A stretch of 62,661 bases of DNA, the filler included, from Gonapodya sp. JEL0774 (taxonomy: Eukaryota), in assembly GCA_027604505.1 (NCBI GenBank). It is 38 parts of 38 records of this genome, joined end to end, with 100 filler letters (N's around TTAATTAATTAA, not from the genome) between each part and the next. Parts side by side here need not be neighbours in the genome. Positions count along the whole stretch, not along the records: positions 1 to 1,561 come from JADIIX010002948.1; positions 1,662 to 3,221 come from JADIIX010002949.1; positions 3,322 to 4,881 come from JADIIX010002950.1; positions 4,982 to 6,541 come from JADIIX010002951.1; positions 6,642 to 8,200 come from JADIIX010002952.1; positions 8,301 to 9,859 come from JADIIX010002953.1; positions 9,960 to 11,517 come from JADIIX010002954.1; positions 11,618 to 13,175 come from JADIIX010002955.1; 30 more parts are not named here. The stretch is one strand, 5' to 3'. The stretch's first letter is position 1; the number at the start of each line of letters is the position of its first letter. The notes beneath the pieces were generated by a model, which saw only the letters and a list, made by a program, of their open reading frames with translations, searched no databases and was not told where the DNA came from. The position numbers and the translations under genes were made by a program. Below are positions 1-13,275 of the stretch, in pieces.

Positions 1-577
1 AATGGGCCATTTAAGGCCCACGTCAGACCACCGCGATCGTGGCGACTGAGTAGAGTGCAATTGTTTGCCAGGAACTGTTTTAGGATGCAGCGTGAGATGG
101 TTATAGCTGTCCTTGAGTATAGCGAGCAAATTTCAATTCGAGGCGGTCAGCAGTGAGTACTGGAGAAGGTATGGAGTTATTAGCGGTAAGGAAAAGCAGA
201 CGGAATATTAATCTGTGTTTCTGTCACTTTATATTTTTCCGTATCAACATGCCATTGTGTTGTGTGTGGCGAGAGGGACGATCGGAAGCTGCTTGTGACC
301 GGAATGTTTTGCTACTATTCGCAGTACAAATGATTAATAGTCCTCCACGGACGATATGTAGTTTAGAGCATGTTCATATGTTCATGGCGGGCGGTCTGTA
401 TATTCATGACGCAGATTCGCTCATCCACCTTCACTCTCAATGCTCTCTTCCATAGCTTTATGCTTGGTTCCTTAGAGTTAGCAAATCACAAAGCCCGGAA
501 AATCTGACACAACCACAACAGCAAATCTCAAGTGCGAAATCTACCCCCAGGACATAACTTCGCCTAAATCGGGCTTC

Positions 578-1561
578 ATGGTGCCGCCGTCGCCCACGCT
601 CTCCTCGATCCCCCTGGAGAATCTCAAATTGATCGTTTCCTTCCTTCCCATCCGAGCCATTTTCCGCCTCTCGGCATGCTGCGCTTCTCTCCGATGCATA
701 CTAGCTGTCCCCACTGTGTGGCACCACCTGGACTTGTCCGACCTGCCTGCTGCAATATCTGGCATTCGACGCGAAAGTCGTTTTGACGAAATCGTGAACA
801 GGATCGCGCTTGTGGTGATGAAACCGATATCGGCTGCCAATCCTGATCTTGCTTTCCCAAATGACGCTGGGGCGTGGTTATTTGCTGGTCTTCGCCACCT
901 CGTCCTAGCAGGACATCAGCTCTTCCCCGTTTCAAGGAACGACCCCCCTCACATTCGAAACCTGTGGAATCTTCGAACATTGTCGTTGAAGAACATTGAT
1001 CCGCTTGTCCTAAATGCGTTCTTTAGATTATGTTTCGACACAAGGAGGGCAGAACAAAGGGCGAACGCCTCGTTACCTATTCATTGGCGTTCCACCCAGT
1101 TGTCGTTCGAAAATCTCCAGCTATTGGACGTCCAACGGTGTCCGCCTCTCACGCCTCTCGCCCATAGCTTGCTATACAGAAATATGATGCGGGACGAAGA
1201 AAAAGCAAAATGGGCGCTTCCCAATCTCGTGCGAGTTCGACCTCACGTATGTGAAGGATGTGAGACCAGCTTTGTAGCTGCGGACGATACAAGCAAACGA
1301 ATTCAGGATGGAGTCTACGGTCCCCTTGGATTACAGTATTGCATTGCGTGCTTGGAACGTGGCATCTGCCACAAGTGTGGGGTGGAAGGCGGAGGCAGAG
1401 AAACGGACATGGTTACCAGCCCACTCATCGGCCGAAAGTGTGGCGCATGTCTGCAGTGCAAACGGATGTGCTTGGCATGCCTTCCTGATGGATGGACTCG
1501 TTGCGATATGTACGAGTTGCAAGGTCCCTGTGATGCGGTCATCTGCATAGCATGCGTGGAG
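578..1561 (+). CDS. F-box protein with Cys-rich C-terminal region (3' truncated)
   Basis: LSSIPLENLKLIVSFLPIRAIFRLSACCASLR...WHHLDLS is an F-box motif; LRR-like segments and many CxxC pairs follow. Confidence 0.7.
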
Positions 1562-1661
1562 NNNNNNNNNNNNNNNNNNNNNNNNNNNNNNNNNNNNNNN
1601 NNNNNTTAATTAATTAANNNNNNNNNNNNNNNNNNNNNNNNNNNNNNNNNNNNNNNNNNNN
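1562..1661. other. Artificial contig linker N44-TTAATTAATTAA-N44 (first of 37 such linkers in the window)
   Basis: Identical 100-bp spacer with stops in all six frames recurs about every 1.65 kb; flanking contigs shrink from 1561 to 1540 bp. Confidence 0.98.
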
Positions 1662-1684
1662 TCCGTTTCGTGATGCAACTCTCC

Positions 1685-3221
1685 TCAATCGTCCATCTCG
1701 TCCCCCTCCCCTTCCTCCCCTTCGGATCCTCCAACGTCGGAGCCACCTTCTCCCTCTGATTCCGCCGTCACGGCCGTCACCCGTCTTCCTCGGGCATGTG
1801 GTTCCCGACCGCGACCGTCCGAGAGCAGGCCCCGACCACGTATCCATCGGCGTGGTTGGACCAGCACAACTGATTCTTTTGGCGTAGAGTCTAGGAATTC
1901 GAGCATCACTATACAGGTTGGAACGATGGGTGGCACTTTGGTTCCACATGGTGCCACTTTGCTTTCAGGTATGCGCAGCACTCACCCTCCTTTGGCAAAT
2001 TCCTGAATCCCTCCGTCGCAATCACCTCGCCATACCTTCCCCACATAAGCCCTAACGCCTTCTCCTTCAATCCTTGCTCGCCTGCCCTTCCCGCAACTTC
2101 GAATATCCTCGCGACGCTCTCCACGTCGATGGCCTTATCCAATGCGGTGGCACACAGTCGCTGCAAGCGTGGGAGACAATACATGTTGGCGAGGGGGAGG
2201 AGGGAGCAGACGACATCGAGAGGATGAGAGGTCGGTAGCGTGTCGGTATACAGGTAGAAGAGAAGGGCGCGAAGAGTAGCATATTCGTCCGGGAGGTGAA
2301 GGGTTGCAGGAGTGAGAGATTCTCTAACATTTGATGGGATGGTTGAGACAAACAGATGAGCAAAACTCGATACCACCTCCAGGGAGCACCCCGCGAAAGA
2401 ACCCGAGACCACTCACTTGCATCCGCTCCCCATTAAATTCCCAAAGTGCTTCCACCGCGCCTCCAAGATACACTTGTGGCACTTGATACTTGGTGCTCCG
2501 GTTGTCGCACTGACGATTTCAAAGTCACTCCCCGCATCCGCCTTGTCAAACACCCCACTCAAATCACTGCCGAGCTCTCCGGCGGGTTCGTCATAGACGC
2601 CCATGGACTCAAAATCCACCTCGAGCACGGCAGAAAAGTACTCGTCGGATTCGCGGTCGTCGGTGCCCAGGAGGTAGCAGCGGGAGGAGTTGGGGGAGGA
2701 GGCAAAATAGTGCCAATGACAGCTGATATGCGATAGAAATTATCCCCGGCAGGCGAGAGTTTACAGTTGAGCTGAGATATATTGATCACTTGATGAGCAG
2801 TCACTCACCGTGCAAAGTACTCTCCACCGCCCCTACTGCGCCACCGCATTGTTCGCAAATCCAATGTCCACACACCAGTAGGTTCGTTTTGTTGAATCAC
2901 ACCGTGCTTGAGCGAGTGGGTAACGAGGACGACGAGCTGGGAGGGATTGCGCCGGAAAGTTTGATTTGAACCATCGACGTAATCGACGTAATGGAGTAAG
3001 AGGGGACGAAAACTCACAAGACTGCCATAGATTTGAGCGAAATGTTGGCCAAGAAGAGGGGGTTTATCTGATGCGGCGTATTGGCGGGGATGAAACGGTG
3101 AGCATTGATAGAACCCGAACAGGGCCATCCACCGTTCCAACCGAGTCAAACCGCAAACAAGATAGTTTGAAGTAAGAATTCACCTGCTCCTTCCACCCTC
3201 ATTTCCCAATGCACTCTCTCC
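1685..3221 (-). CDS. Kelch/BTB-POZ domain protein, 3' part, spliced
   Basis: SDFEIV..IKCHKCILEARWKHF and TLRALLFYLYTD...LLPLANMYCLPRLQRLC are BTB features; upstream DGPVRVLS/PLLGQHFAQIYG looks kelch-like; GT-AG introns; acidic tail ending at stop 1685. Confidence 0.75.
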
Positions 3222-3321
3222 NNNNNNNNNNNNNNNNNNNNNNNNNNNNNNNNNNNNNNNNNNNNTTAATTAATTAANNNNNNNNNNNNNNNNNNNNNNN
3301 NNNNNNNNNNNNNNNNNNNNN

Positions 3322-4160
3322 TCAAAAAAATCTGTGAGTTTTAGAGTCGAAAGATTCGAAAGGTGCTTAAGGGAAATCAAATCGTCCTGCAGTGAGATAT
3401 TCATATCACAGAGGTTCTGACATAGTCCAATTTGGTCCACGTTCTTGATGCTCGACAGCCGACACTTCAATCTCTTCATAGTCTTGGACACTTCAGTGGG
3501 GAGTGCCACCTTAAGTTCTCCATCGACGTCGGAAGGCAGTTCAAGAGTCTCGAGCGATTTGCATCGCCGAAGGAGTGCTTCCAGCCACGGCACACAGCCA
3601 GCATGTACTCTGCCATACAGCGTAAGCTGTCGGATATTTGCGGCGGAAGATAGCACGACGGTCGTGAACGCCTTGAACAACTCTTCATTTGAGCTGTCAA
3701 AAAACCAGGACGTGGTGTCGCGAGAGATTTCCTCCAGGGCCTGTAATATCTTCGGCATTTGGTGTGCCACGAGCTTTTCGATTGAGTAAATCGTCACAAT
3801 TCGAGTTCGAACAACTCCCTTGCTTCGGGGGCTCAGGGAATGATAGGCGGCAAGTTGCCTGTCACTGCGATGGGAACTATTGAACGTCCACGACTTCCAT
3901 AACTCTCGAAATGCAATCAGCTGCCAGAGTTTACTCTGAGTGGTGTGCCCGCAGTCGTCCGTTAGCTGCCGTTAGCTCGACTCGAATGCGACGACTTTGT
4001 GCTCGCAGTTAACGCACCAGACTCGAACGCACGCCGCTCTACTTTTTCTGTCCAGATTCCACATTACGAGCTCTCCGAGTTCCGGGATTGCAAGAGCGCG
4101 ACTGATCGGCGAATCACGAGTGATGTCACATTGTTCGGCTTGTTCGGGAGGGGGATCCAT
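3322..4160 (-). CDS. F-box/LRR protein (3' truncated)
   Basis: MDPPPEQ...SRALAIPELGELVMWNLDRKSRAACVRV is F-box-like; downstream exon has LRR-like CKSLETLEL, LCQNLCDMNIS, LSNLSTLKL. Confidence 0.6.
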
Positions 4161-4356
4161 CTTTCGAAGGAGCACAAACAGGGGCCCAATTCCAGAAATT
4201 CTTATAAGGCGAATAGATCGAGAGAGCAGTATCTCACCGCTGATGGCCGATTTCTTATTGAGCGCGGATTTGCGGAAGGTCACGAGCTCTGCTCACACTG
4301 CAGCTGCGGCCCTGTTGGTTCAAGCCCGCCACACTGATCATTCCCTCCCATAATCC

Positions 4357-4881
4357 ATGTCGCTCACTCTCCTCCATCAGACTTCGTTTCTCCTGACCGG
4401 CGTGTACTCCACACTTACATCGGTGAGATTCTCAAATTCCGCAGATGAGGAATCCTGAAAAGTCGTGCAGCTTCTCAACCCGAGACCCATCCCATCACAC
4501 CAGCAATATCTCTATAACGCGCACGCTGCAGACCCGAAAACTCTCCTTACCGTAACATGCGCCTACCTTGGTATGGCGATGGCGTGGTTCCTACCCCGAC
4601 ATGTTCCGGAGCTGGAGCCTGGTCAGGCGTCGAGTGAACACGAGCACGATCACGATCGGCCGTTATTGGGTGCGAGAGACAGAGCACCGGGAAAAGGTGA
4701 GAGAGAAAGAGATAGTTAGCTTTGGCATTGAACTACAGTAATTTAATCACCATCTGTTCAAGGGAGTCCAAAACCCGCAACTCTGTTCCCTCCGCCTGCA
4801 TGGCGCTCGAAAGTCTTCGGAGTGGGTCTTCCATCCGCTGTTCCTGGCCTGTCGGTATCCTGCGCGCGTGAACTTGAATTC
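4357..4881 (+). CDS. Putative membrane transporter, N-terminal exons
   Basis: MSLTLLHQTSFLLTGVYSTLTS, intron, then QYLYNAHAADPKTLLTVTCAYLGMAMAWFLP gives two hydrophobic segments; family not resolved. Confidence 0.3.
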
Positions 4882-6656
4882 NNNNNNNNNNNNNNNNNNN
4901 NNNNNNNNNNNNNNNNNNNNNNNNNTTAATTAATTAANNNNNNNNNNNNNNNNNNNNNNNNNNNNNNNNNNNNNNNNNNNNAAGTTTCTGGCTCTAAACT
5001 GCAACTTGCTTTGTTTATGGAAGGTCGAGTGGACAACTTTCATGAAAAGCTCCTCCAAATGGTTCAGGTTTGCCATCAGGTAATTTCTTTTGTAAATCTC
5101 CACTGCCATCTTCAGATCTCCTCATTGAAATGTGTTTACATAAAGGTTCATCTGGAGGAACTTGGTGGTTTTCCTGGCTTGAAAATGACAATGCAATCTT
5201 GGCATCCCACATTTGATTTGGAAAAAGTTCCCCATGTACTTCCCTTGGCAATATCTTGCCTCTCATTGAAGAGCGCCAAGGTAAGTGGAATCTCCTTTTA
5301 GAGAGTTCTGAAAATTTGCGTTGTCACTTGAAACATTGCAGTCACTGTCCTCTGCCACTCTTCAACCTGATGTGGAATCCTCTACTGCTAGCGCACAGGT
5401 CTCTTCCATCAGAAACCAGGACTTGGATAAATCAATGTCTAGACTGTCATCATTGCTTCAAAGGGTAATTGGATTGGTCATTTTATCTCCCCACTTCCTA
5501 CTTTTCAACATAATATAACCCTCACCAGGTCCAAGAGAAAGAAAGGTTACGATCATATAGTTTTGCGAACAAGAAGACTGGTGACCAGATCACACAGTTG
5601 GCAATGGAGAGCAGGCTTCCAGATATTCAAAAGTGTCTGAGAATGTAGGACACCATTGAAAATGGACATCACGTTTGTACCAGATCTTTGACCACCCCAT
5701 TCATGTTTAGGTTGTTTGTAGCCGCCCAAAAGTCAACTTTGAATGTGACAGATGCATTGCAGCAAATTGTTCAGAGCCTCAAGTCCCCAATGTCTCACAG
5801 TATGTTGTTGTGTGACCCTGACATCTGTGTCCAGGAAATGTCTCTTATTGGTATCATTCTTTTTCAGCTGAAGTTTTGGAGCACTTGAAGTTGCTTTGTA
5901 GGAATGAACCAGATTGCTTTAATCTTTTGACCTTAGACAACAAGCTTTACATACGCAAAATCAGATAGAATCCTGGATAATTGATGAACCATATTGCAAT
6001 GTACATTACTTCTATCATGTATTTGAATCGCAAGTTAATGCTTACATAGTTAAATCCAGTCGCATTTGGAATTCCGGGATCCCCCCTCCTAGAACTTCTG
6101 ATGTTTTCTGTGTGCGTACAATGAGGTCAGTATTTGATAAGTTTCTCTGATGGATACTGAATATGGGAATCAGTGGAAATGAGTTCTGATGCACATTGGT
6201 CACGGGATATGTTGTGGGTCTGTGTCCTTTTTGTGACGAACCCGCACAGGTCGTCGAAACCATCCAATGAATCCTTCATGCCATTTTATGGTGGTGAACT
6301 TCCTTCCTCGCGCATTCTCAACGGTGATTCGGCAAACTTTGCAGCCTGCTCTGCTCCCTCGCTTCTACACTCTCCTCTATCTTCCTCGCCATCATGGCTC
6401 GAATAGGTGTCTTATTCATGGTGCTGTGTCTGCAGATAACCTTCGCTGCCTCACTGTTTAGAAACCAACCTCGCTGAAAACGAAGCAAATGAAATCAATC
6501 ACGCTTGGGGATCGGGGGTATATGGGTGTGTGTAGGCCTCCNNNNNNNNNNNNNNNNNNNNNNNNNNNNNNNNNNNNNNNNNNNNTTAATTAATTAANNN
6601 NNNNNNNNNNNNNNNNNNNNNNNNNNNNNNNNNNNNNNNNNACTGTCAAGTAGCAG

Positions 6657-8027
6657 GCCACCGTTGCACAGAGATGTCAGCCTCTTCCGGTCCGAGAATC
6701 CCCTCTCCACCGTCTCCCTCCCGAAATTCTTCGACTCATCGTTAGGTACCTTCCGTTCCGGTCATTCGTCCAACTACTCGCATCCTCCCGCAACCTCCGC
6801 TCCATCATTACCTCGGATCGCACCAATTTCTCTAAAGTTGACTTTTCCTCCGGTGTTCGACCCACAACTGCCGCCGCTGTCAAAGCGGTCGCTAAGTGGG
6901 GCGGCTCGCGCATCCGGATACTCGACCTCGGCCGCGCCTCGGGCCTGGATGATGCTGCTCTCAAACCCCTCGTGATGCACATGTGTGACGGTGTTGTTGC
7001 CCTCCGTCTCGAGAGTGCTCGTCGTGTGACAGCATCGTGCATCTCAACAGTGTCCAAAATCATGCGGAACCTTCGGGTGGCTGTCCTTCGAGACATGCAC
7101 GGCGTTGACGATGCGTGCGTGCGTATGCTGGTGGCAATGTGCAGCCAGCTTGATGAGATTGATTTGACGGGGTGTGAACGGATTACAGATGGTGCGTTCG
7201 CGGAGCTAGGGAGGTGGTCCGTGAAGCGCAGCGTGGAGAGCCCGGCCATCCGGGCATTCACACTAGCGGGAATTCCCAATATCACGGATGTCGCCGTGCG
7301 ATCCATTGTGTCGACGTGTGGCGACCATCTCAGGGTGCTCAGAATTCCTCGTACAGCAGCGACGCGAAGGGCGCTGCTGGAACTCGCTGCAGCCCCCAAC
7401 CTTTCAGTTCTGGATGTTTCGGGCTGCAATCTGAGTGGACCCTCCAACCTCGCGCTTGCAGACGCCGTGGTGCTCCTCGTTTCTTCAGCCACAGAACTGG
7501 TGGAATTCAGGAGCGGAGGTGTCCCCGATCTCGACGACAGTGCTCTTGGATACGTTGCCGATTCTTTGCGTGATCTACAAGTACTTGACCTAAACCGGTG
7601 TGCTGGTATAACTTCCGGTGGACTTTTGCGCATTGGAGTTGCATGTCGGAAACTGAGGGACGTAAATCTCAGCTGGTGCCCCGGGATGGGCACCTCCTTG
7701 GACATGGTTCTTGGTGCAATGTTGGGACCAGCTCTTGAATCCCTGGATCTTTCGCATTGTGTCGGAGTGACAGACGCAACGCTCATTCTTATTGGACTCA
7801 AAGGAACAGGTGTCACAAGACTGCGAATTGCAGGTTGTGTAGATATAACGAGTGCTGGCGTGAGCGTGTTGGCAGGAAAACGTGGCGACCCGCTTCAATT
7901 CCTCGACTTGGATGGATGCACGGGCATCAGCAGGGATGTTGTCATGGAGGTCATCAAAGCTTGGCCGAAATGTTTGGTTAGGGCTGGACTCGGGGGCCAA
8001 AACGCTAAAATGAAGGGCAGAGGATGA
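6657..8027 (+). CDS. F-box/LRR (FBXL-type) protein, last exon
   Basis: Frame upstream of ORF 6972 reads LHRLPPEILRLIVRYLPFRSFVQLLASSRNLRSII (F-box); then about 10 Cys-containing LRRs (LDLNRCAGIT, LDLSHCVGVTD). Confidence 0.88.
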   Translation, partial: ATVAQRCQPLPVRESPLHRLPPEILRLIVRYLPFRSFVQLLASSRNLRSIITSDRTNFSKVDFSSGVRPTTAAAVKAVAKWGGSRIRILDLGRASGLDDAALKPLVMHMCDGVVALRLESARRVTASCISTVSKIMRNLRVAVLRDMHGVDDACVRMLVAMCSQLDEIDLTGCERITDGAFAELGRWSVKRSVESPAIRAFTLAGIPNITDVAVRSIVSTCGDHLRVLRIPRTAATRRALLELAAAPNLSVLDVSGCNLSGPSNLALADAVVLLVSSATELVEFRSGGVPDLDDSALGYVADSLRDLQVLDLNRCAGITSGGLLRIGVACRKLRDVNLSWCPGMGTSLDMVLGAMLGPALESLDLSHCVGVTDATLILIGLKGTGVTRLRIAGCVDITSAGVSVLAGKRGDPLQFLDLDGCTGISRDVVMEVIKAWPKCLVRAGLGGQNAKMKGRG

Positions 8028-10342
8028 GTTCGTTTCAGGATTTGACTGTATCTCACAGTGTTGTGGTCTTTGTGAATATCAGGAAATTGTGATGCCGCTC
8101 TCACTCTACTTTACCCGAAAGGCATCGGAATGAGCGAAGCTCCACATTAGTATAGGTTTTGTCCGCCACTGAATAATTTTCAAACTAGCGGTGTCCTTAC
8201 NNNNNNNNNNNNNNNNNNNNNNNNNNNNNNNNNNNNNNNNNNNNTTAATTAATTAANNNNNNNNNNNNNNNNNNNNNNNNNNNNNNNNNNNNNNNNNNNN
8301 CTGGGTAGCGAGAGACAGCGCGAGGAACGTGAGTCATGAGGTGGCATTTGTAAAGTTGAGGTATTTGCCCTGACCCTCTCATTCATCGCATCACCCTTCA
8401 GGCCACCAAGGTTGAGTCCGACTACGACGGCAGTGAGGACGAGGAGGAACAAGCCGAGGAGGAGGAAGACTACGACGAGTGAACGCTGGTCGCATCTGTC
8501 AGTGGTCAGGATAGAGGACAGTGGACGACAGACGAACCCCTTGCAATTATGAAAGGTTTATGTATAAACCACATCCACAGTACGATAATGTCTTTTATTT
8601 CGTGTACACATGCGCTTTTCAGCAGCATAGATACCCCCATTACAATAATATACCATCTGCTTTGAATAATGACCAGTTCGAATCCGAAACCTGGTGACCC
8701 GGTATTCGTGGAAGTCCGGCTACTTGTGGCTGAGATTAAGCCAGAGTACTTGGAATACACCTCTGTCACGGGCATATGTTGTGTGTATAACTAGAGAGGT
8801 GGAAGTGGAAAAATGAAAGGTGTAGATACCAAAACCTGTCCGTCCACAAAACCGTAGCCGTCAACATCCACCCTACCTTCCTTCGTTTCTATACTAGAGA
8901 CAGTTCTTTCTCTCGCTGAGAGAGCCGCAATCGTCGATCGTATTGGACGTAGAAGAAACTCCGGAACCATTCAATCCTCATTCGCATTTACACTCCAAAT
9001 AAACCGCATCTCACCAACACAAGACTTGTATTCAAGTAGAAGCAAACCTGGTGTTGACTTGGATGCAATAAACTTTGACTGATGGGTCGTGCGGATGCTG
9101 TGACAGGCAGTTGGATTTTCATTTGAGTGTTCGCTGCAATCTTCATTTATGCCTGATTGTATGTATGCCTCGGTTGGGCTGAATTGGATCTGATTCAAGA
9201 CTATAAACCTACGATAATGGTGGGGAACGCGTTCACGAAACGAAATGGTCAATCGTACCCTGCAACGGCGGGAGGAAGGGACAGTGATGCCACCATAATC
9301 GAACAATGCGAATGAACAGAGCTTGATTCCGCATCAAATTGTGAAATCGATTAAGATTCTTGTCTATTCTGTGAATCCAGTATTGAAGCCCTCATTGTGG
9401 CTGGAATTTCACGGCTCGTTTGCACTGACGTCAACCATTCCTTCTAACGAGCAAATTGGATGTGGCAAATACTGCGAAATATTTCAGCCTTTCTGTCAAT
9501 GCGTTTTGAACCCACTGGTGACTTTCTGGAACTCGGATTCCTCTGCTAGAGTGGCGAGGAAGCATTCACAGGGGAACTGCAGCTAAGTGATCCCAATTGA
9601 GTCGTTGCAAGGAACGTTAGCGAGGATGGACTGGCAGCAGTCAATGAACAGTGAGTGACTCAGCGCTTTGGTTACAATGCTTGGGTAATCACTAAACATG
9701 GTCTCTAGTGTCGATGAGGGATGTGTCCCAGATGCTCTTTGAGCTACCAAGTATTTTGACGACCACAATCGTGAACCTCGCGCTCCCCATGCATATGGGA
9801 ACGAACACTCACAATGGAAGAATCCTTGAGAAGAAGCATCGCAGTGAGTGTTGGTGAGCNNNNNNNNNNNNNNNNNNNNNNNNNNNNNNNNNNNNNNNNN
9901 NNNTTAATTAATTAANNNNNNNNNNNNNNNNNNNNNNNNNNNNNNNNNNNNNNNNNNNNCCATCCCCGGTGTGGTTTGCACTCCTCGTCAGATCTCATCC
10001 AAAGACCGCTTTTCACTTCCAAAGCTTCAAAGTCATCCACACGAAGAGTATGCCTTCATTACTGACAAATCATTCAGATTAGGGCGATATTCTCAATGCT
10101 GCACTCGCAGTTGCCTCTTCGCCGCGTCCCGGGTACAACGCCATACAAACATTTTGGCGCACGTGGGAAGTGCACGTGCCCCTTCAAAAAACCGTGCCCC
10201 CGATACTCCCGAGTAAGTCGTTCTTTCGTCCTCCTCTTCAACGCCAAAGCTCAGCGAAGATGCCTACTCAATCTCCAGCAACAAATGGAAACCACGCTGT
10301 TCCGAAAAGGGCGATCCAGAACGATCCTCAAGTGAGTTAGCA

Positions 10343-11517
<1,175 letters not shown>

Positions 11518-11617
11518 NNNNNNNNNNNNNNNNNNNNNNNNNNNNNNNNNNNNNNNNNNNNTTAATTAATTAANNNNNNNNNNNNNNNNNNNNNNNNNNN
11601 NNNNNNNNNNNNNNNNN

Positions 11618-13016
11618 ATTGATATTGGGTGACAGGGAGTGGTCAGTAGTGATATCCCTCATAGATTCACTGGAGCCAGATGGGATGGAGGAATCCGGAA
11701 CGTCACCGACATTGCTTGAAAATGGCGTGCAGAGGGGACTGTTCGATGTCCACAGTGGCTCGGACACTGTGCCATGTGACAGTTGAGCGTGCAAAGGAAC
11801 CGAAGAACGAGACGAAAAAGCTGTGTCTGCTATACCACTGCCAGGTGACTTCATATATGGGGGAACCAGGCGCTCGGCCGCTGCCGTCGGAGGAGCAGAG
11901 TCACGGACAGACACCGGTATGACAGACATGGCTCTGTCGATTGCCATGTTGACTGTGTCTCTGTCCAATACGTTTCTCGTGGTGTTTACACCAAACGTGC
12001 CTCTTTGAATCTGTGGAGGTGGTGTGGATTGCGATGTTCCGTTAAGCGATGGATCTTGAGCGAGCAGTAGTCCCGGAGTAGTGTCCCTCATATACGAGTT
12101 GGAGGTTCTTCTGTTGACGTGGGCGAGATCTGTCGTGACGGCCAGCTCTGAAATGTTGGCGAGCTCCGATTTTGACTGTGCGTTTTGGTTCGAGTTAGAG
12201 ACATCGTCATCATCCTGTTCGTCATTGTTCTCGTTCTCGTTCTCGTCATCACTGTCGTCATCTTCCTCGCTGTCGTCCCCGGAGCTGGCATCGGCGCCAG
12301 CCTCTTGGCTGTCATTGGCTTCCACCCCATTTGGATGTGAAACTCTGCCGACGGGCGTGGCTACGAAATCGAGGTCTGACCGAGTGGTGCCAATGTCTAT
12401 ATATCGGACAAAGAGTCCGAGATTCGGTGTGTAGGTACGGGGGCGGGAGATGGAGTCGATGAACTGAGCCCATGAGAGGGTGCTGCGGAACTGTGGGTGC
12501 GCATAGAGGTATGGGGTAGCGATAGCGTTCAGGACTTTGCGAGGTTTAAAAAAACCGTATGTTCAGCATGGTCATGCGAGATCTCGTGGCGGGCGAGTAG
12601 GGACCCAGTCGTTTCAACGAGACTGACTCACGTCTTGAAGTCAAACACAGCGCAGCCAATGCCCTTTGTGTCGACGCTACTCTATTCTCGCATAGATAGC
12701 CGAAAACCATTGACAGCAGCTCCACGGGCAGAGGGGGTGGAGAGTGTGAATTGGTCTGCTGTGGAAGCTCCCTGACCAGGTTGGGAACATGGATACGAGA
12801 GCGCGGAAAGCCACGCGGAATGTGGGATGGGAGATTTCTAAGAATGTTATGTAGTGGTGTCTGTAGTCCTGATTCCAGCTGCTGCTCTGGAGAAGCGCTG
12901 CGTGCGGGGAGTCTGCGACCTGCCGTGAAGAATGCGTCGGGGAAGGAAACATCGTCAAGTGTCATATCGTGATCCATTTGAGTATCGGAATTAGTTTCTG
13001 AAGTCATTGTAGTCAT
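11618..13016 (-). CDS. F-box protein with acidic and Ser-rich low-complexity region (3' truncated)
   Basis: PPLPVELLSMVFGYL...LAALCLTSR, intron, LNAIATPYLYAHPQFRS is a typical fungal F-box N-terminus. Confidence 0.7.
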
Positions 13017-13275
13017 GCTGTTGTGAAAAGTTCTGTTGAGTTGAGTTGGTTGATCTTACGTGTCTCAAGCATGACTGAGGACCAGAATCCGTGCACACGG
13101 GCACACCCACTTAATGTAAACCAAGCAAGTCAGACTGGTTCGGCAGTGCTGTGACGAGTGCAAGTGGATACGCTTNNNNNNNNNNNNNNNNNNNNNNNNN
13201 NNNNNNNNNNNNNNNNNNNTTAATTAATTAANNNNNNNNNNNNNNNNNNNNNNNNNNNNNNNNNNNNNNNNNNNN

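Noticed and set aside
6677..7816. 379-aa minus-strand ORF
   Set aside because: Antisense shadow of the F-box/LRR gene; no motif
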